Below, one piece after another: positions 25,839-38,434 of a stretch of 64,000 nt of DNA. The DNA is from Camelus ferus (taxonomy: Eukaryota): NCBI RefSeq assembly GCF_009834535.1, contig NC_045696.1, positions 2,358,001-2,422,000 on the forward strand, read 5' to 3'. Under the pieces are notes generated by a model. It was given only the letters and a program-made list of their open reading frames with translations. It searched no databases and was not told the origin of the DNA. How positions within the stretch are numbered: the stretch's first letter is position 1; every line of letters starts with the position of its first letter. The translations under genes and the position numbers were made by a program.

Positions 25839-26139
25839 GTACGGTGGATAATGTTTCAAAGTTCATGTTTAGCTACATGTTAGTTAGCATTTGCAGGTTG
25901 GACCTCTTTTTCAAGTAAATGCACTTAATTTGGCTATCGTCCTAAAAAATCGAAGAAACAGATTTCCTGGAGAATTAAGGGATGCACTCTTTTCAGTACT
26001 ATTTTAGGAAGATAATATAAACAGAAGGAACGTTCTCACCTCAGGGCAGTGGGTGAGTTCCAAATGCTGTCACGGGCACTTCACGGTGGTCATAAAACAG
26101 GTGCTTGTCGTGGCAGCACCCCACTTCCAGGCGCCAGAG

Positions 26140-26722
26140 TCCATGCTCGTTTTCTGCTGCTGTGGAACAAATTACACAGCTTAGTGGCTGAAACAACACC
26201 CTTGGTAAGGTCTGTAGGTCAGAGGTCTGAGCGGGCTTGATCAGGTTTTCTGACATGTCTCGCAGGGCCAGAATCGGGGCTCTTTTCAGGAGGCTCTGTG
26301 TCAGAATCTGCGTCCAGGGGTGTCCAGGTTGCTGGAAGAATCCAGTTCCCTGTGTTGATAGGACTGAGGTCCCTGTTTCCTTGCTGGCTGTTGGATGGGG
26401 CCACGTTCAGCTTCCAGGGACCCCACCCCATCTTCAAGTCACAGCAGCTCACTGAGTCTTTCTTACACTCTGGAAATTCTTGGGTCTCCTCTTCTGCTAC
26501 CAGCCAGAGAAAACTCTGCTTTTGTTGGGCTTGCAGGTTTAAATTTGGTGTAACTGGGCAAATACCCTTTGATTAACTCAGAGCCAGCTGGTGAGTAACC
26601 TGACTTACACTGCAGGGTCTCACTGCCGTGCCCAGGTGGCTTAACATGGCCAGAGGGTTATGTGTGCAGTCCTGGGGGTTAGGGCAGGAAATTGTGACCC
26701 GTTTTAGGGTTCTGCTCCTGCA
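26140..26722 (-). mobile_element. MaLR LTR (MLT1E-like), antisense
   Basis: tgctgctgtggaacaaattacacagcttagtggctgaaacaacac...agaatccagttcc..taggactgaggtccctgtttccttgctggctgt...accagccagagaaaactctgctttt. Confidence 0.8.
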
Positions 26723-26724
26723 TC

Positions 26725-27750
26725 ATTTATGTTGAGCGTTTGCTTTGACTTCTTGGAGTGCTTTATGAAACAGCTTCTTTAAGTCTTTGTCAGGTATGTC
26801 TCACATCTGTGTCGTCTTGGCCTTGGTTTGTCTTGATTGTCTTGACCCACACGAGTTGGGATTTTCCCTGTTTCTTCACAGGCTGGGTAACTTGGATTGT
26901 GTTGTGAACACTTGGATGTTGTGTTTTGAGACTCTGGGTCTTGTTTAAATCCTGTGGGAAATGTGGATGTTTTTGTTTCAGCAGGAGATCAGCCTGGTTG
27001 GGTTCAGTCACAAGTTCTGACCAGCCTGCACTGTTTGTGGCTTCCACATCAGTCCCATTTTTAAAAAACCTTTGTGGTGACATTGGGTCTGCCTCTCATG
27101 TCTGTCACTGAGACTGGGGTGATGGTCGACACTTTGGTCCCCAGAGTCTTAGATGTGCTGTTTACCATCAGGTCTGCACAGATGTAGCTTGGGCTGAGGC
27201 CAGGAGCCTGTAAACGCCCTTGTGGGGTCCCTCTCCAGAACTCTTAACTCCCCACACATCTTGGTACTTGGGAGCTCCCCGGGGCTCCCCTTTCAGTCCT
27301 TCTCCTGGAATCCGGGGTTTGTGTGCCTTGAGGTGTCACCTGCATCTGTGGCTCTGCCCATGTCCAGGGCAAGCGGGAGCGCAGTGGATCACAGCCCTTC
27401 TGGCGGGGAGGAAGGTCCCCTCACAGAGTTTGTTACCTGGGGACTCCCACTGCCTGTGAGGTCCCTGCCAAGAGGTCCCTCTCCTACGCCTCGAGCTTGA
27501 GCTGGAGGTCTTCTCCTGGTGCCATCTCTGCGTGGGTCACTGCCACTCTTGGACTTGGGGGCTGAGTGGTAAACTCATTGCTGGTTTGGTGGCTCTTATA
27601 ATTCTGGTCTTCTTCTCAGTCCACCTGCTAATGTTGGCTTCTCAGGGCTCTAACATAGCTGCTCCCTGTATTTGGTTCAGGATTTATAGCTGTGTTCAGA
27701 GGAAGGAAGAGGGCAGGTGCATTTACTCCATCTTACCTGGAACCAAGCTC
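26725..27750 (-). mobile_element. Old L1 (L1M/L1MD-like) 5' region
   Basis: tttaagtctttgtc...gagactctgggtcttgtttaaatcct...; ends ttactccatcttacctggaacc, the reverse complement of an L1 5' terminus. Confidence 0.65.
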
Positions 27751-27769
27751 TTCAGTCCATTAGTGTTTT

Positions 27770-28400
27770 GTGCTAACAGGTGTATGTACATGAACAACAT
27801 GGCTAATACAGGACGACATATGACTGTCATAGTCTTGTGTATATTCTTACAAGTTGTCTGTGGATCTGCTTGATTCCTCTTAAGTAACTTACATCAAAGA
27901 AAATGTCATGTTTGGATTGTCGTCTCACTGCTGATGGACATTTAGGTCACTTTTAGCTTTTACTCTACAAGTATTACGCTGCAGTGAAAACATTTGGTAA
28001 GTGTTTCCTTGCTGACCTGTGTGAGAACCCCTCCAGGAGTTTCCCAGAAGTGCAGCATTTGAGAAGTAGGACATGCACATTTCCAGTTTTATAAAATGCT
28101 GCAAATTTGTCACTGAAGTACACACTTCCACCCGTATGACATCAGTGTTCTGTGTTCCTGCACCCTCATGCACACTTCATTATTATATTCCTATAAAGAA
28201 TACTTGTATTATCTATCCACGTCTGTCTGTCTGTCTCTAGATTTAGCTTACCAGTAAGGTTGAGACTCTTCACACATCATACTGTGAGTATTACTGTGAA
28301 TTACCTGTTCATGTCTGTTGCCCATTTTCTATTAGGTTGTATTTTTCTTAATGATTTGCTGTCACTCTTTGCATATTCTGGATACTAAGCCATCATCTCC
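27770..28400 (-). mobile_element. Degraded L1ME-like 3' fragment
   Basis: tgatggacatttaggt...ttacctgttcatgtctgttgcccattttctattagg...tattctggatactaa. Confidence 0.65.
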
Positions 28401-31400
28401 TTTGCTTCTGTGTCTGTACACAGTGTTTACAAGAGCAGCCAAACCCCTCCTCCAGGTTGCAAAGTGAGGCTTTGTGTGAGGGCTGCGTCTCTTCTAGCCT
28501 CTCTGGCCCCAGCGTGCAGAGCTCTCTGCCTTTTCGTCCTAGTGAGCCTTTGTCCATTGCCGTGGGTGATGAGGAACCGCCTGCAGAGACATTTGCTTGC
28601 TTGCTTGACAGTCACGCCAAATCTTCAGGCAGCCAGTGATCTCAGCACCCACCTGTGCTCCCTCCCCTGTTCACTAGTCCTCTCCCCACCTCCTGCAGGT
28701 GCGAATGACTTGAACATCTTTGTTGGTGACTTGTGCAGCAGTTAATGTCAGGGTCGTTGGCCTTTCTCGGCTGCAGAGATGTTAGGTGCTCTTCCCTGTG
28801 AGTAACCCGCCCTGCAGCCACGTCCTGGATGTTGGCACTGTGCACGCGCTTCAGCCTCTGAGATGGAAGCTCTGCCGTGTACCCCAGATGCCTTCCTCTT
28901 GCTCGACTCCTTTTTCCCCTCACTCCTCCCTTCACCTTGCAGCGACCCCTGCTCCTCACTGCTTCTCTCTCCTCCAGTCACTCCATCTGCCCCACGGCTT
29001 CCCCTCTGTCCAGCTTACCTGGATCCCCTCGTGAGATGCATTGGGGTTCTGTTCCTCCTTCTGACAGCAGCCACGGGTGCCTCACTGCTGTCTCCCGAGG
29101 CTCTGACCTTGGACCAGCCACGTGCCTTCTCTTCTCCTTGTTGCAGTGATACTTGAGAAGGTTTCCTGCCGTTCTGCCCCCTCCTGGTCCTGGGCCCCCC
29201 AGAACCCTTCTTTGTGTCCTCATCAGCCCCAGTCAGAGCTGCACAGGGGCCAGGGCAGAATTCAGACTGTCTCTGTGACGCTGACCACTGTGCTGTTCTT
29301 CTGTCCTCTGCAGGGTTGGGGGGGTGTCCCAGCAGGTGATGGTCCTTCCTGCTCCCCAAGGAGAGCCGAGGGGTGTGGGTGTGAGCTTACTCATGCCCAC
29401 CTCGCCCTCACTTCTCTCACGTGTCGGAGGAGCGTGTGGCTTCTTGGGGTTTTTGGCAAGCGGCCCGCCCACCGCTGGGTGGGGCTTGCTGTGCTTTTGA
29501 TGAGTGGCCCCTGGGATTTTGCTCAGTCAGTGGCCGTCTCTTGCTTCTGCATTTCCAAGTGCTCCCGCTTCCCTGGCTTCTTTTCGGCCTGTTTTCTCCC
29601 AGTTGTGCTGTGACAGCCTTCAGCAGGGACCAGGGTCCATACCAGGCCATTTGCCAGCTCTGCTAACATTTGGAGGGGTTCTGTCCACCTCCTCCCCATG
29701 TGCCTGTGCGTAGCCTGTGCGTGGTCAGCCAGCACCCGGGCTGAGGAGCCAGGCGCTTCCCCAGCCTCGCCAGCCCCGGTCCTCTTCCTCCCCCCTCCGG
29801 CCTCGGGTGTCAGGCCTGCATTCCCGAGTCTGGTGTGGGGTGGGGGTGGGCAGGGTCTGGGCCGTGTCTGGGTTGCAGAGGGCTGCCACGCATCGTGCTG
29901 GCACAGCCTGGCACGGCGGGCCCCGAGCCTCTCCTGGTCAGTCTGGTTTCCCCACTGCTGTCCTGTCGCCGTTCTTGGTTGGGTTCCTGAGTTGTTCCCA
30001 GTCAGACCCTCAGTAGTCTAGGTGGTAGGAGAGTCGTCGTTGAAGACGTTCTGATCGATTTCTAGGATCTTGGTTAACAGTTAAGTGTTTGATGAGGAAA
30101 GTACACCTCGGGCAGCGGGAGCAGGGACAGGCAGACTGTGACCGGTACGTGGGGACACAGTGGGATGCAGTAGAACACGCGGGTCCGCATGGCAGATGTG
30201 TCGCCGTGGAGGGGAAGCCGCTGTGGCCACCCGCTGATGTGGACGCGGACGGGCGTGGTCAGGGCTGTGTGCGCGTGCCCGGAGGTGGGTGGCGGGCACG
30301 CGCACGCAGCGGGGGAGGTGGGGCCGGCCCTGCAGTGCGGGCTCAGGTTCGGCTGGCGGGGTGTGGCTGGGGGGGAGGTGTTCTTTCTCAGCCGGGGGGG
30401 TCATGTTCGTTCTCTCTGTTCTTCAGTGTGACGTTTAGTCTGAGGTGTCTGATTGGGATTACGCGTGGTACGGACCACAGCCTTCAGGTTCTGCCTTGCC
30501 TGGGGAGGGGACAGCGGGTCTGAAGCAAGCCCGCCCGGCCGCTGATGGCGGTACCCCTTTAACGGCGGTGGGCCTCCAGCCGCAGGCTCCGCCGTCATTT
30601 GGTCTGAGTGTCCGGCTGTGCTGCCCGCCGGTGCTTTTCTCTCCCGGGGGAGACCTTCACTGCTCCTTGTTTCTTGGAATCACTTGGTGGTGCTGATTGG
30701 GCTACTTTAGGTTTTCATCCGTTTTGGGTGATTGACTGTGGGCTTCGCTTCAGGCCGGGAGACGTCACAGTCGTGCCTTTTGGGTTATTTTTATTGCTGG
30801 TTTGTTTGAAGCGCTGGGTGTGCTGATTCCCTGCTGCTTCTAGGTTACGAGTTATACTTTCTTTCACGATGAGGAGTAAGGCGGTTGAGTTGCGTCACCT
30901 TTGCTTTTGGTGACTCAGCCTTGGACGCCAGGCAGTCCGGAGGGCTCTGACTTCTCACCAGGAGAGACGTTCACTCCCTGGCGTGGCCTGGGGTCTGCAG
31001 GCGAGGAGGGGCCTTTCACTCAAGGAGGGCTGCTTTTGTAGCACTCAAGTTTGCTGCTGCCTTTCAGTCCTTTTTTAAATCAATGTCAAGTGCATTTAAG
31101 ATTCTAAAGACTGCAGAGATCGGGAAGCTGCTCTTTTGGAATCCATTAATCCATTTATTATGTATCTTCTGCTCAGGATCATGGTAAGAAGCAGAAGTTT
31201 GCCTTTTTTGTCACTGGAAGGAAAAACGACTCCTGGAACTACAGCAGTTTGGGGAATGACATTTACGTTCCACACTGAGTGCCGGGAGAGTGAGCTGGAT
31301 GGGCAGTCTCTGCTGACGTGCGGTCAGAGACTTGGTACATTATTTACAAAGTGCTTTCGGTTGGAGTAGAAATGTTGGAATGGGAAGCATTCTCATAAGA

Positions 31401-31747
31401 ACCAGAGTTCGTTGTTTGCTGAGTCCTGGTGTGACCTTGAGGAAGCCTCTGGTCTTCTGTAAGATGGAACCTGGCAGTAATGCCAGGTCAGGTGGCACCG
31501 TGGTCGTTGCAATTACGTTTGGTCCATTTTAGCTTCTTAAGGATGGCTGATTGTGACCAAATACGAAGTTTCAGAGATGTTTATCAGTTTATGTTTTTGC
31601 CACCTTAAAATTAAAGGGCAGTCAATGAAGAATTTCAACTAGACATATTTTTTGGAGTTTGCTCCATATTTCAGTTATTATCCAGATGTTAACTTCACCT
31701 TTTAAGATCTAGAGAAGATTGGCTTACCTTATTTTCATGCTCCAAAG

Positions 31748-31865
31748 CAGGGGTTGGCAAACTTTTCCTCTAAAGGGCCAGACAGAAATGTTTTAGGCCC
31801 TGAGGGCCACGTGGTTCTGCTGCAGTGACTCAGCCCTGCTGTGGTAGCCACAAAGCAGCATAAAA
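31748..31865. mobile_element. MER58A-like MITE, one end only
   Basis: caggggttggcaaacttttcctctaaagggccagacagaaatgttttaggc...gactcagccctgctgtggtagc. Confidence 0.8.
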
Positions 31866-32461
31866 GATACATTGAGTTTTAAGGAATTCCAACTATCTGT
31901 GTTGGTGATCTGAAGTAGGAACTTTGCTTGAAATCCTGGATGAGAGATCTCAGAAAATTCTAGTTAGTGTGCTGAATTTTCGTCATGAATATGACATTTG
32001 AATATCCGTTAATAACTCATTAAATGGCTTCCCAGTGCATAGATTTTGGATATGTGTAAAAATTGTCAGGAAAACTTGAAAAGATTTGTAATTTTGGGTC
32101 ATTTTGTGGCCTGTGAGGAGGCTGAGAATCGTGATTTGAGAGCCAGGCATCACTGCTCTCAAGGGCGCTGGTCTGGTGGTGTCTGCCTGGACAAGAGCGT
32201 TGCCTTGGCTTTGAGAACGCCCGTGGGAACCGGAGAGACGGACTGTGCGGCGAGCTGTCCCACCGAGGCTCTCCGTCCCTGGGGGTCAGTTCACTCTCCA
32301 GATTTAAACTGAGTGCTGACAGTGACCACAACCCAGGTACTGTGCTAGTCTGTGTGTCTGGAAAGACAAATGGGCCATGGAGCTTGCTTTTGACAAACTA
32401 CTTTTAGTGGGGAAACAAGCCTTTTTTTTTTTTTTCTTGATGCCTATATATATATATTTTT

Positions 32462-32690
32462 AAATAAAAATAACAAGTTTTGGCAAGAGTGTGGAGAAAA
32501 TGGAACCCTAGTACGTTGCTGGTAGGAACATACAGTGGCACCAGTGCCTTGGAGAACAGGCGGCGCCCCTGCAGGCTGCACGTGGGGTCACCGTGTGACC
32601 CAGCAGTCCACCCCAGCTGTGCACCCGAGGGCTTGAGTGCAGGAACTCACACGGATGCTTGTATGCCAGTGTTCGAAACCAGCCACCTTA
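32462..32690 (+). mobile_element. L1 ORF2 C-terminal fragment, sense
   Basis: aataacaagttttggcaagagtgtggagaaaatggaaccct; ORF 32480 reads ARVWRKWNPSTLLVG. Confidence 0.75.
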
Positions 32691-32784
32691 ACAGAATACT
32701 GTAATAAACGTTTTCCATGGCGTGCATGTGCGCATGCACCGTGAGTTACTTCATTGGTCCCTTGTCAATGGAGTGAATCACTGT

Positions 32785-33010
32785 TGCTGACTTTCCTTTG
32801 GCCTCAGACTCCAAGATGTCTTGGTGCGGTGCTGTCACTGGTCCTGTCTTCATTTAAAGTTTTGGTGTGTTGCTTGTTACGGAAGTTTTGCAGTAGTTTT
32901 GATTAAAAATTACATTATATTAAAAAACATCTTGGTTTCTAAGCTTTTTGGCACCCCTTAAAATGGTGGCCAAAGCAAGCGCCTTGCCGTCCCCAGCCTC
33001 GCTGGGCCTG
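32785..33010 (-). mobile_element. MER96B-like hAT-Tip100 MITE fragment
   Basis: tttcctttggcctcagactccaagatg...tcctgtcttcatttaaagtttt...tttttggcaccccttaaaat, resembling the reverse complement of the recalled MER96B consensus. Confidence 0.65.
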
Positions 33011-33049
33011 CTGGCTCGCGGTTCGGCGTGTCCGCGCTGGGCCCGGGGC

Positions 33050-34040
33050 TGCCTCCTGGGGAGGATGGGCGTCTGTCCCTGCGGGGACTTGCTTGCCTGA
33101 CCCCCACGCCCCGGCCTCCCTGAGGCGGTTGGTGGCCGAAGCCCGCGCCCCGTTCTGGGCCCTCCTCGCGCTCTGCCCGGCCCCTCGGCGCCTGCCTCGC
33201 GTTTTCAGTGCGTTGCTTGTTCTGGTGCCCGCCTTCCTGGGCCCCTCCTCCCTAGCCTGGCTGTTTGCTGTGATTTCTTTAGCTCTCTCTTCTGCTTAGT
33301 CTTTCTCCTTTTTCAGGTGTCAGTTTACAGTCGGGTTATTATTGTTCCCTTTGTTGCAAGTTCTCTTTTGAGCTCCTTGACGGTGTTTTCAACTTCTTTT
33401 GGAATTACTTACACCTATTAACATACTGTTCTGCACGGACACTGTAGTATCTGATGGCTTGTAGATGCCGTCTCTAGTTCTTAGTCCTGGGGGTCTTATT
33501 TTTCACGTTTTGTCATTTTCACTCTGAACTCACAATTGTTACCACTGTATTTGTGGGAATTATTTGAAGACCAACTTGAGGGTCCTTTCCTTTAAGAGAA
33601 CGTTTACTTTGGCCAGGCAGCTGGAGCAGCTCCTATCCCAGGCCTCCTTTCTTTATTAAAATGATGGGGTTGGGGATTTTCAGGCCATACGAGAAGTATG
33701 GACTCACACCACGCTTGACAGCTCACTCTTGCCTGGCTCTCTGCAGGGCTCTGTGCTCTGAATCCTTGTCTTGCGTTGGTCTGAGGCTTTTCTTTGTGTC
33801 CCTCTGCACGAGGCACCAGCACTGACACTCTGTGCCTCTGGGATCTGTCATCTTTAGGGCTCACCTTCCTAAATTTGTGCTCCCACTAAGTTCCTGATCT
33901 GATGTTTTCCCTTCATTTCTTGCAAGCTCATCCATTTTTTCCAACGGTTTGCAAAATATTTGTGTTGCTTTTTCTGTTGCTGTGCAGTGTGAAGGTTTTG
34001 GGGTCTCTGTACTCCGCAGTGTTACCAGAAGCCAGTCTGT
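33050..34040 (-). mobile_element. Old L1 ORF1/5' region remnant; left part strongly GC-shifted
   Basis: gtgatttctttagctctctcttctg...; terminal tactccgcagtgttaccagaagc resembles an L1ME 5' end. Confidence 0.5.
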
Positions 34041-34637
34041 AGTTTTCCAGTTTTCATCTGACTCTGCGTTAGCAGTCATGCTCAGTCCCAAGACCACCTG
34101 TGAAGCCCCGCGTGACTCTGGACACGTAGGGCTGTGGTGTGGCGCCCTTCTTCCCTCGTGCTGTGGCGTAGACAGGGTGTGTGGCCTGTGCTGGCCCCCA
34201 GACATTGTGCGCGGCGCTCAGCGAATGGCAGATGGGACTAGGTTTTAAGCCGTGACTTGAGCTCCCAGTGTGCAGTGTCCTGGTGAGCTGAGGGTCACTG
34301 GTAGATAAACGCAGGGCTCGTAACCGAAGAGACTGCTCAGTGCGATGGCTTTGAGGTTTCCCGTGCCTGCTTTGCACTCGTGTCTCTTGATTATGTGAGC
34401 TTAATCATGGTGTTATGTGGCATTATTGCTAGTGTCCCGTTTTCATGTAGCCTCACAGAAACAAGTAGCATCTCACATGCCTTCTGCTTGCTGTGCCTGT
34501 CTTCCAGACCACAGAGCTGGACGTGTGACGTGTGAGGACACCCCTGCGTATGCTAAGGCCACATGAGCCAGGAGATGTGTTTCGAGTGAAACGGTGGGGG
34601 CACCAGCATTTCAACACCGTTCTCTTTTGCGTTTCAG

Positions 34638-34741
34638 GTTAATGCTGATGTCCCTGTACAACGTGAGCATCAACCTGAAGGGCCTGAAGTACATCAGTGA
34701 GAGCCCAGGCTTCATCCCTCTGCTCTGGTGGCTGCTGAGTG
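34638..34741 (+). CDS. HSF2BP: HSF2BP coding exon (exon 8 equivalent)
   Basis: Acceptor ttttgcgtttcAG|G and donor GTG|GTaagg. 104 nt = 1 nt + 34 codons + 1 nt, LMLMSLYNVSINLKGLKYISESPGFIPLLWWLLS, identical to the recalled human peptide. Confidence 0.97.
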
Positions 34742-35409
34742 GTAAGGAGGGGCCTCCCTGTGCCCTGGGCGCCCCGCGGGCGGCCTGTGCCCCTGCCCCA
34801 CGGAGGCGGGAGGGAGGAGGCAGTGTTGGAAGCTAGGATTGATCTCCCCAAGGTGCTGTTATTTATTTTAAAAAAGAGGTTTCAAATGATGGAAAACTCA
34901 CTGGCATGCTCAGTCATTCCTAGTTCTGCTTCTAAAGTGTTGCTTTCAACTTGGTTACGATTCTGCGACACAAAGCAAAATGATCTAGTAAGACAGCGAG
35001 TGGGTGGCCTTAGCCGCTCCCTTTCTCTGGGGTGAGCACAGCACTGCGTGTGTGGCCCACGGCTCAGAACCCCAGGTGAAGGGGACCCTGCAGCTCGGCA
35101 GTGTGGGGAAAAGGAGGGGCGTCTGAGGGAGAGTGCCGCCCTGAAGTCACGTGTGTTAGTGGGGGGGCTTTTGTTTTCTTTGGGATAGAAGCTGTCTTTA
35201 CTGTTTCTCCTCCTCCTCTTCCTCACCGCCAGTGTAACCTCAATTTTTGTCCCAGTCTGTTCATCGTCACTTTTAGCACTATGTCTTCAGTAGGGGCATA
35301 TTTCATTCAAGTGCGCGCGAAATTAACTTCCCTTGTTTTTTCATTATTCAGATCAATCTCTGTTTTTGAGCTTCAGTTCCATTTGGTGATAAATGCTTAT
35401 TTTTTGTAA

Positions 35410-37180
35410 CAGGTTTTTTTTAAATTGACATGCAATAAACTGCACACACTTAAGCAACAATTGATAAGTTTTGACGTAAGTGTACACCCATAAAATCATC
35501 ACCGCAGTCAAGATGGTGAGTGTACCTGTCACTCCGAAGGTGCCCTGTGCTCCTTGGGTCCCTCCTTCCCGGCCCTCTGCTCCCCTCTTCCCAGAAAACC
35601 ACTCATCTCCTTTCCGCACTGCAGGTTGATTTTCATCTTCTAAAAGCTCATATGAATGGAACTAGACATTCTGTGTTCTTTTTTGCCTAGCTGCTTTCAC
35701 TCAGCAGAATTATTCTGAGGTCCGCCCATGCTGTGTGTGTTACCAGTTGGCGCCTCTTTATTGCTCAGTAGTATTCTGTGATGTGGATGTGCTGCAGCTG
35801 CTTTATGTCCTCGGCTGCTGCTGGACGTTTGGGTTGTTCCTGGGTTTTGGCTGTCATACATAAGCTGCTGTGAACATTCTTGTTTGTTCTGCATGGATGT
35901 ATGCTTTCATTTCTCTGGGGTACACACCTAGGAGTGGGGTGGCTGGCTCGTATGAAACCGCCAGCCCTGTCTTGCGAAGCAGCCGTGCTGCTCTGCACCC
36001 CCCCGCCCCCGAGGTGGTTGGTGTGCTGGTTGTTGCCTATCCTCGTCAGTGCTCGGTGTGGTCGTTCTTTTCAATTGTAGATGTTCCAGGAAGAGTGTGA
36101 CAAATCACTGTGGTCTTAATTTGCATTCATGTTACGACTAATAATGGTGAACATCTTTTCCTGTGTTTATTTGCCCACCCGTATATCTTCCGTGATTAAA
36201 TGTCTGTTCATATCTTTTGCCCATTAAAAGCAAATCAGGTGGTTTCAGTTGAATGTTAAGAGTTCTGTGTGTTTCCTGCCGGCAAAGCCCTTGTCGGCGT
36301 GCAGTTTGCAGATACTTTCAGTCAGTTGCTTGTCTTTTCACTCTCTCAAGAGCATCTTTAAGAACAGAAGTTCTTAATTTTGATGAAGTTTATTTAATTG
36401 TTCTTTTTCTTCTATGAAACATGCTTTTGGTATAGAAATTTTTGCCAAACTCAGGGTCACACAGATTTTTAAAATGTGTTTTCTTCTATTATTTTTTTTT
36501 TCAAGTACTGTTAGTTACAGTGTGTCAGTTTCTGGTGTTCAGCACAATGTCACAGTCATGCAGATACATATGTATTTCGTTTTCATATTTTTTTCATTAG
36601 AGATTATTATAAGATACTGAGCATAGCTCCCTGTGCTGTATAGCAGAATCTTCTGTTAGTTTTATAGTTTTGCATGTTACATCTAGATCTGTGGTGCTTT
36701 TGAGTTAATATTTATGTATAATGAGAGGTACAACTCAAAGCTGGGTTTTTTTGCATCCAGCCGCCTAGTTGATCTACCAGCATCTGTCCTGAAGACCCTC
36801 CTTTCTTCCCCGAGTTGCCTTTGCACCTTTGTTGAAAATCACATGACATATGAGAAGGTGTAGTTGTGGACTCACTTCTGTTCCGTGGATCCATTTTTGT
36901 ATATTTATGCCAACAACGCACTTTATAATAAATCTTAAAGTCACATAGTGGAAATCCTCCAACTTTGTTTTTTTTTTTTTTTCAAAGTTATTTTGACTGT
37001 TTTTAAGTCCTTTGCATTTCCATATAAATTTGAGGATTCTTTCTTACCCCCCCATATTTTGTTGGGATTTTTATTAGGATTGTGTTTAATTGACAGTTCA
37101 TTTTGGGGAGAATTGACATTTTAGCAATATCACATCTTCTGATCAATGAAAAGCGTGTGTGTGTCCACTTATTTAGGTAT
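35410..37180 (-). mobile_element. L1MB/MC-like antisense element interrupted by a younger L1 3' end
   Basis: aaattgacatgcaataaactgcacacacttaa...; gtcttaatttgcatt; gttgcctttgcacctttgttgaaaatca; ttggggagaattgacatttt. Confidence 0.85.
36492..36648 (-). mobile_element. Short lineage-specific L1 3' end with 10-bp TSD
   Basis: Poly-T then gttacagtgtgtcagtttctggtgttcagcacaat...tccctgtgctgtatagcag. Flanks TCTTCTATTA (36482-36491) and TCTTCTGTTA (36649-36658). Confidence 0.8.
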
Positions 37181-37834
37181 TGTTGAGGGAGCAGAGGGGC
37201 TGGCCTCCTTTGTCTCTGGCTGTCTTTTCAAGGCTGCTTGTGTAGTGAACACCCATAGAAGTCAGAGATGTCGTCTGTGTCCACAACAGAGGGCGGGTCT
37301 GCTTGCTCTCACGCAGCAAGGACAGCGCTCCCCCTAGGGAGAAGGTCTGGCGGCACCGCTCGCACTGTGAGGGGCTGGGGCTCCCTTCTGTAACACAGCC
37401 CGCGGTGCGTGCCTGGTCCTGTGCGCTTGGATCTCATTGCACTGGCACGAGCCTGACCCTCTGGAATGGCTGTCGCCGTGAGGGGCACAGCCTGTGCTCG
37501 GACACAGGAGTCGCGTCTCTTCTGCCAGATCCGTGAGACTGTGGCGTGCTCTAGGGCGAACTCCAGACCTTCTGAAGTTGTGAGGGCAGGCTGGGGGTGG
37601 GGTTTGGGGTGCAGGATGACTCCTACCCACAGGGTTGGACACTTGACCACAGCCTTTTTCTCTTGAGAATGTGAACCAAGGGACCCATGGAATCAGAAGT
37701 GGGCCTTGGATTGAGGTACCTGTGCCGACTGGTTGTCACGGGTCACGTGCCAGCAGGCAATGCCCATTGGAGGGGGATGGGGACAGTAAGAGGGACAGAG
37801 CGATTCAGTGAGAGAGACCTGATGCTCTGAGCGC

Positions 37835-37985
37835 AGCTTCTGTCATAAGTGCTTTGCACATAGTCACAGATTTGTTTCTTTACATCTCTCACAAGGTGAA
37901 CATCATGATTTATGTTTTATACATGAGGAAACTGAAGCACACAGAGGTGGAGTGAGCTCCTCTAGGTCCTGCAGCTCCGGGGTGG
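37835..37985. mobile_element. MIR SINE fragment
   Basis: MIR core ttttatacatgaggaaactgaagcacacagagg. Confidence 0.75.
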
Positions 37986-38412
37986 ACGTCCTGGCCATCG
38001 GGCTCCAATTCCCGGCCCCCAGCCGCCCCCCCTCCCCCCGCTGCCCTGCAGGGGGGGAGCCTCGGTTCTGGGGACTTCTGCCCTTCCTGGGCGTGGCCCT
38101 GGGCTAGGTTCCTGAAAGCGTGCCCCTGTCGCTAGGCTCGCTCGCAGCCAGTGAGTGTTCAGCGCCTTCTGCCAGCTGTTCACTTTCTCAGAAAGAGACG
38201 GCCTGAGGCTGCGTGTGCTCTGGGGCCTTTTCTGGCCCTGGAACTCCAGACCTTGTCCAGGGCCGAGTGACAGGCCTTGTGAGTTTTGTTGTATTTTATG
38301 CGGCTCTCTGGGTTGCGAGCAGCCCGAGAGTCAGTTCCCAGCCCTCACCGAGAAGGTGCCCTTCCAGCAGGGTGGGCCGTTCCTGCTTAGCCTTTCGGTC
38401 CTGTACAGAGGG

Positions 38413-38434
38413 GTGTGTGTGTGTGTGTGTGTGC
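38413..38434. repeat. (GT)n microsatellite
   Basis: gtgtgtgtgtgtgtgtgtgtg. Confidence 0.9.
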
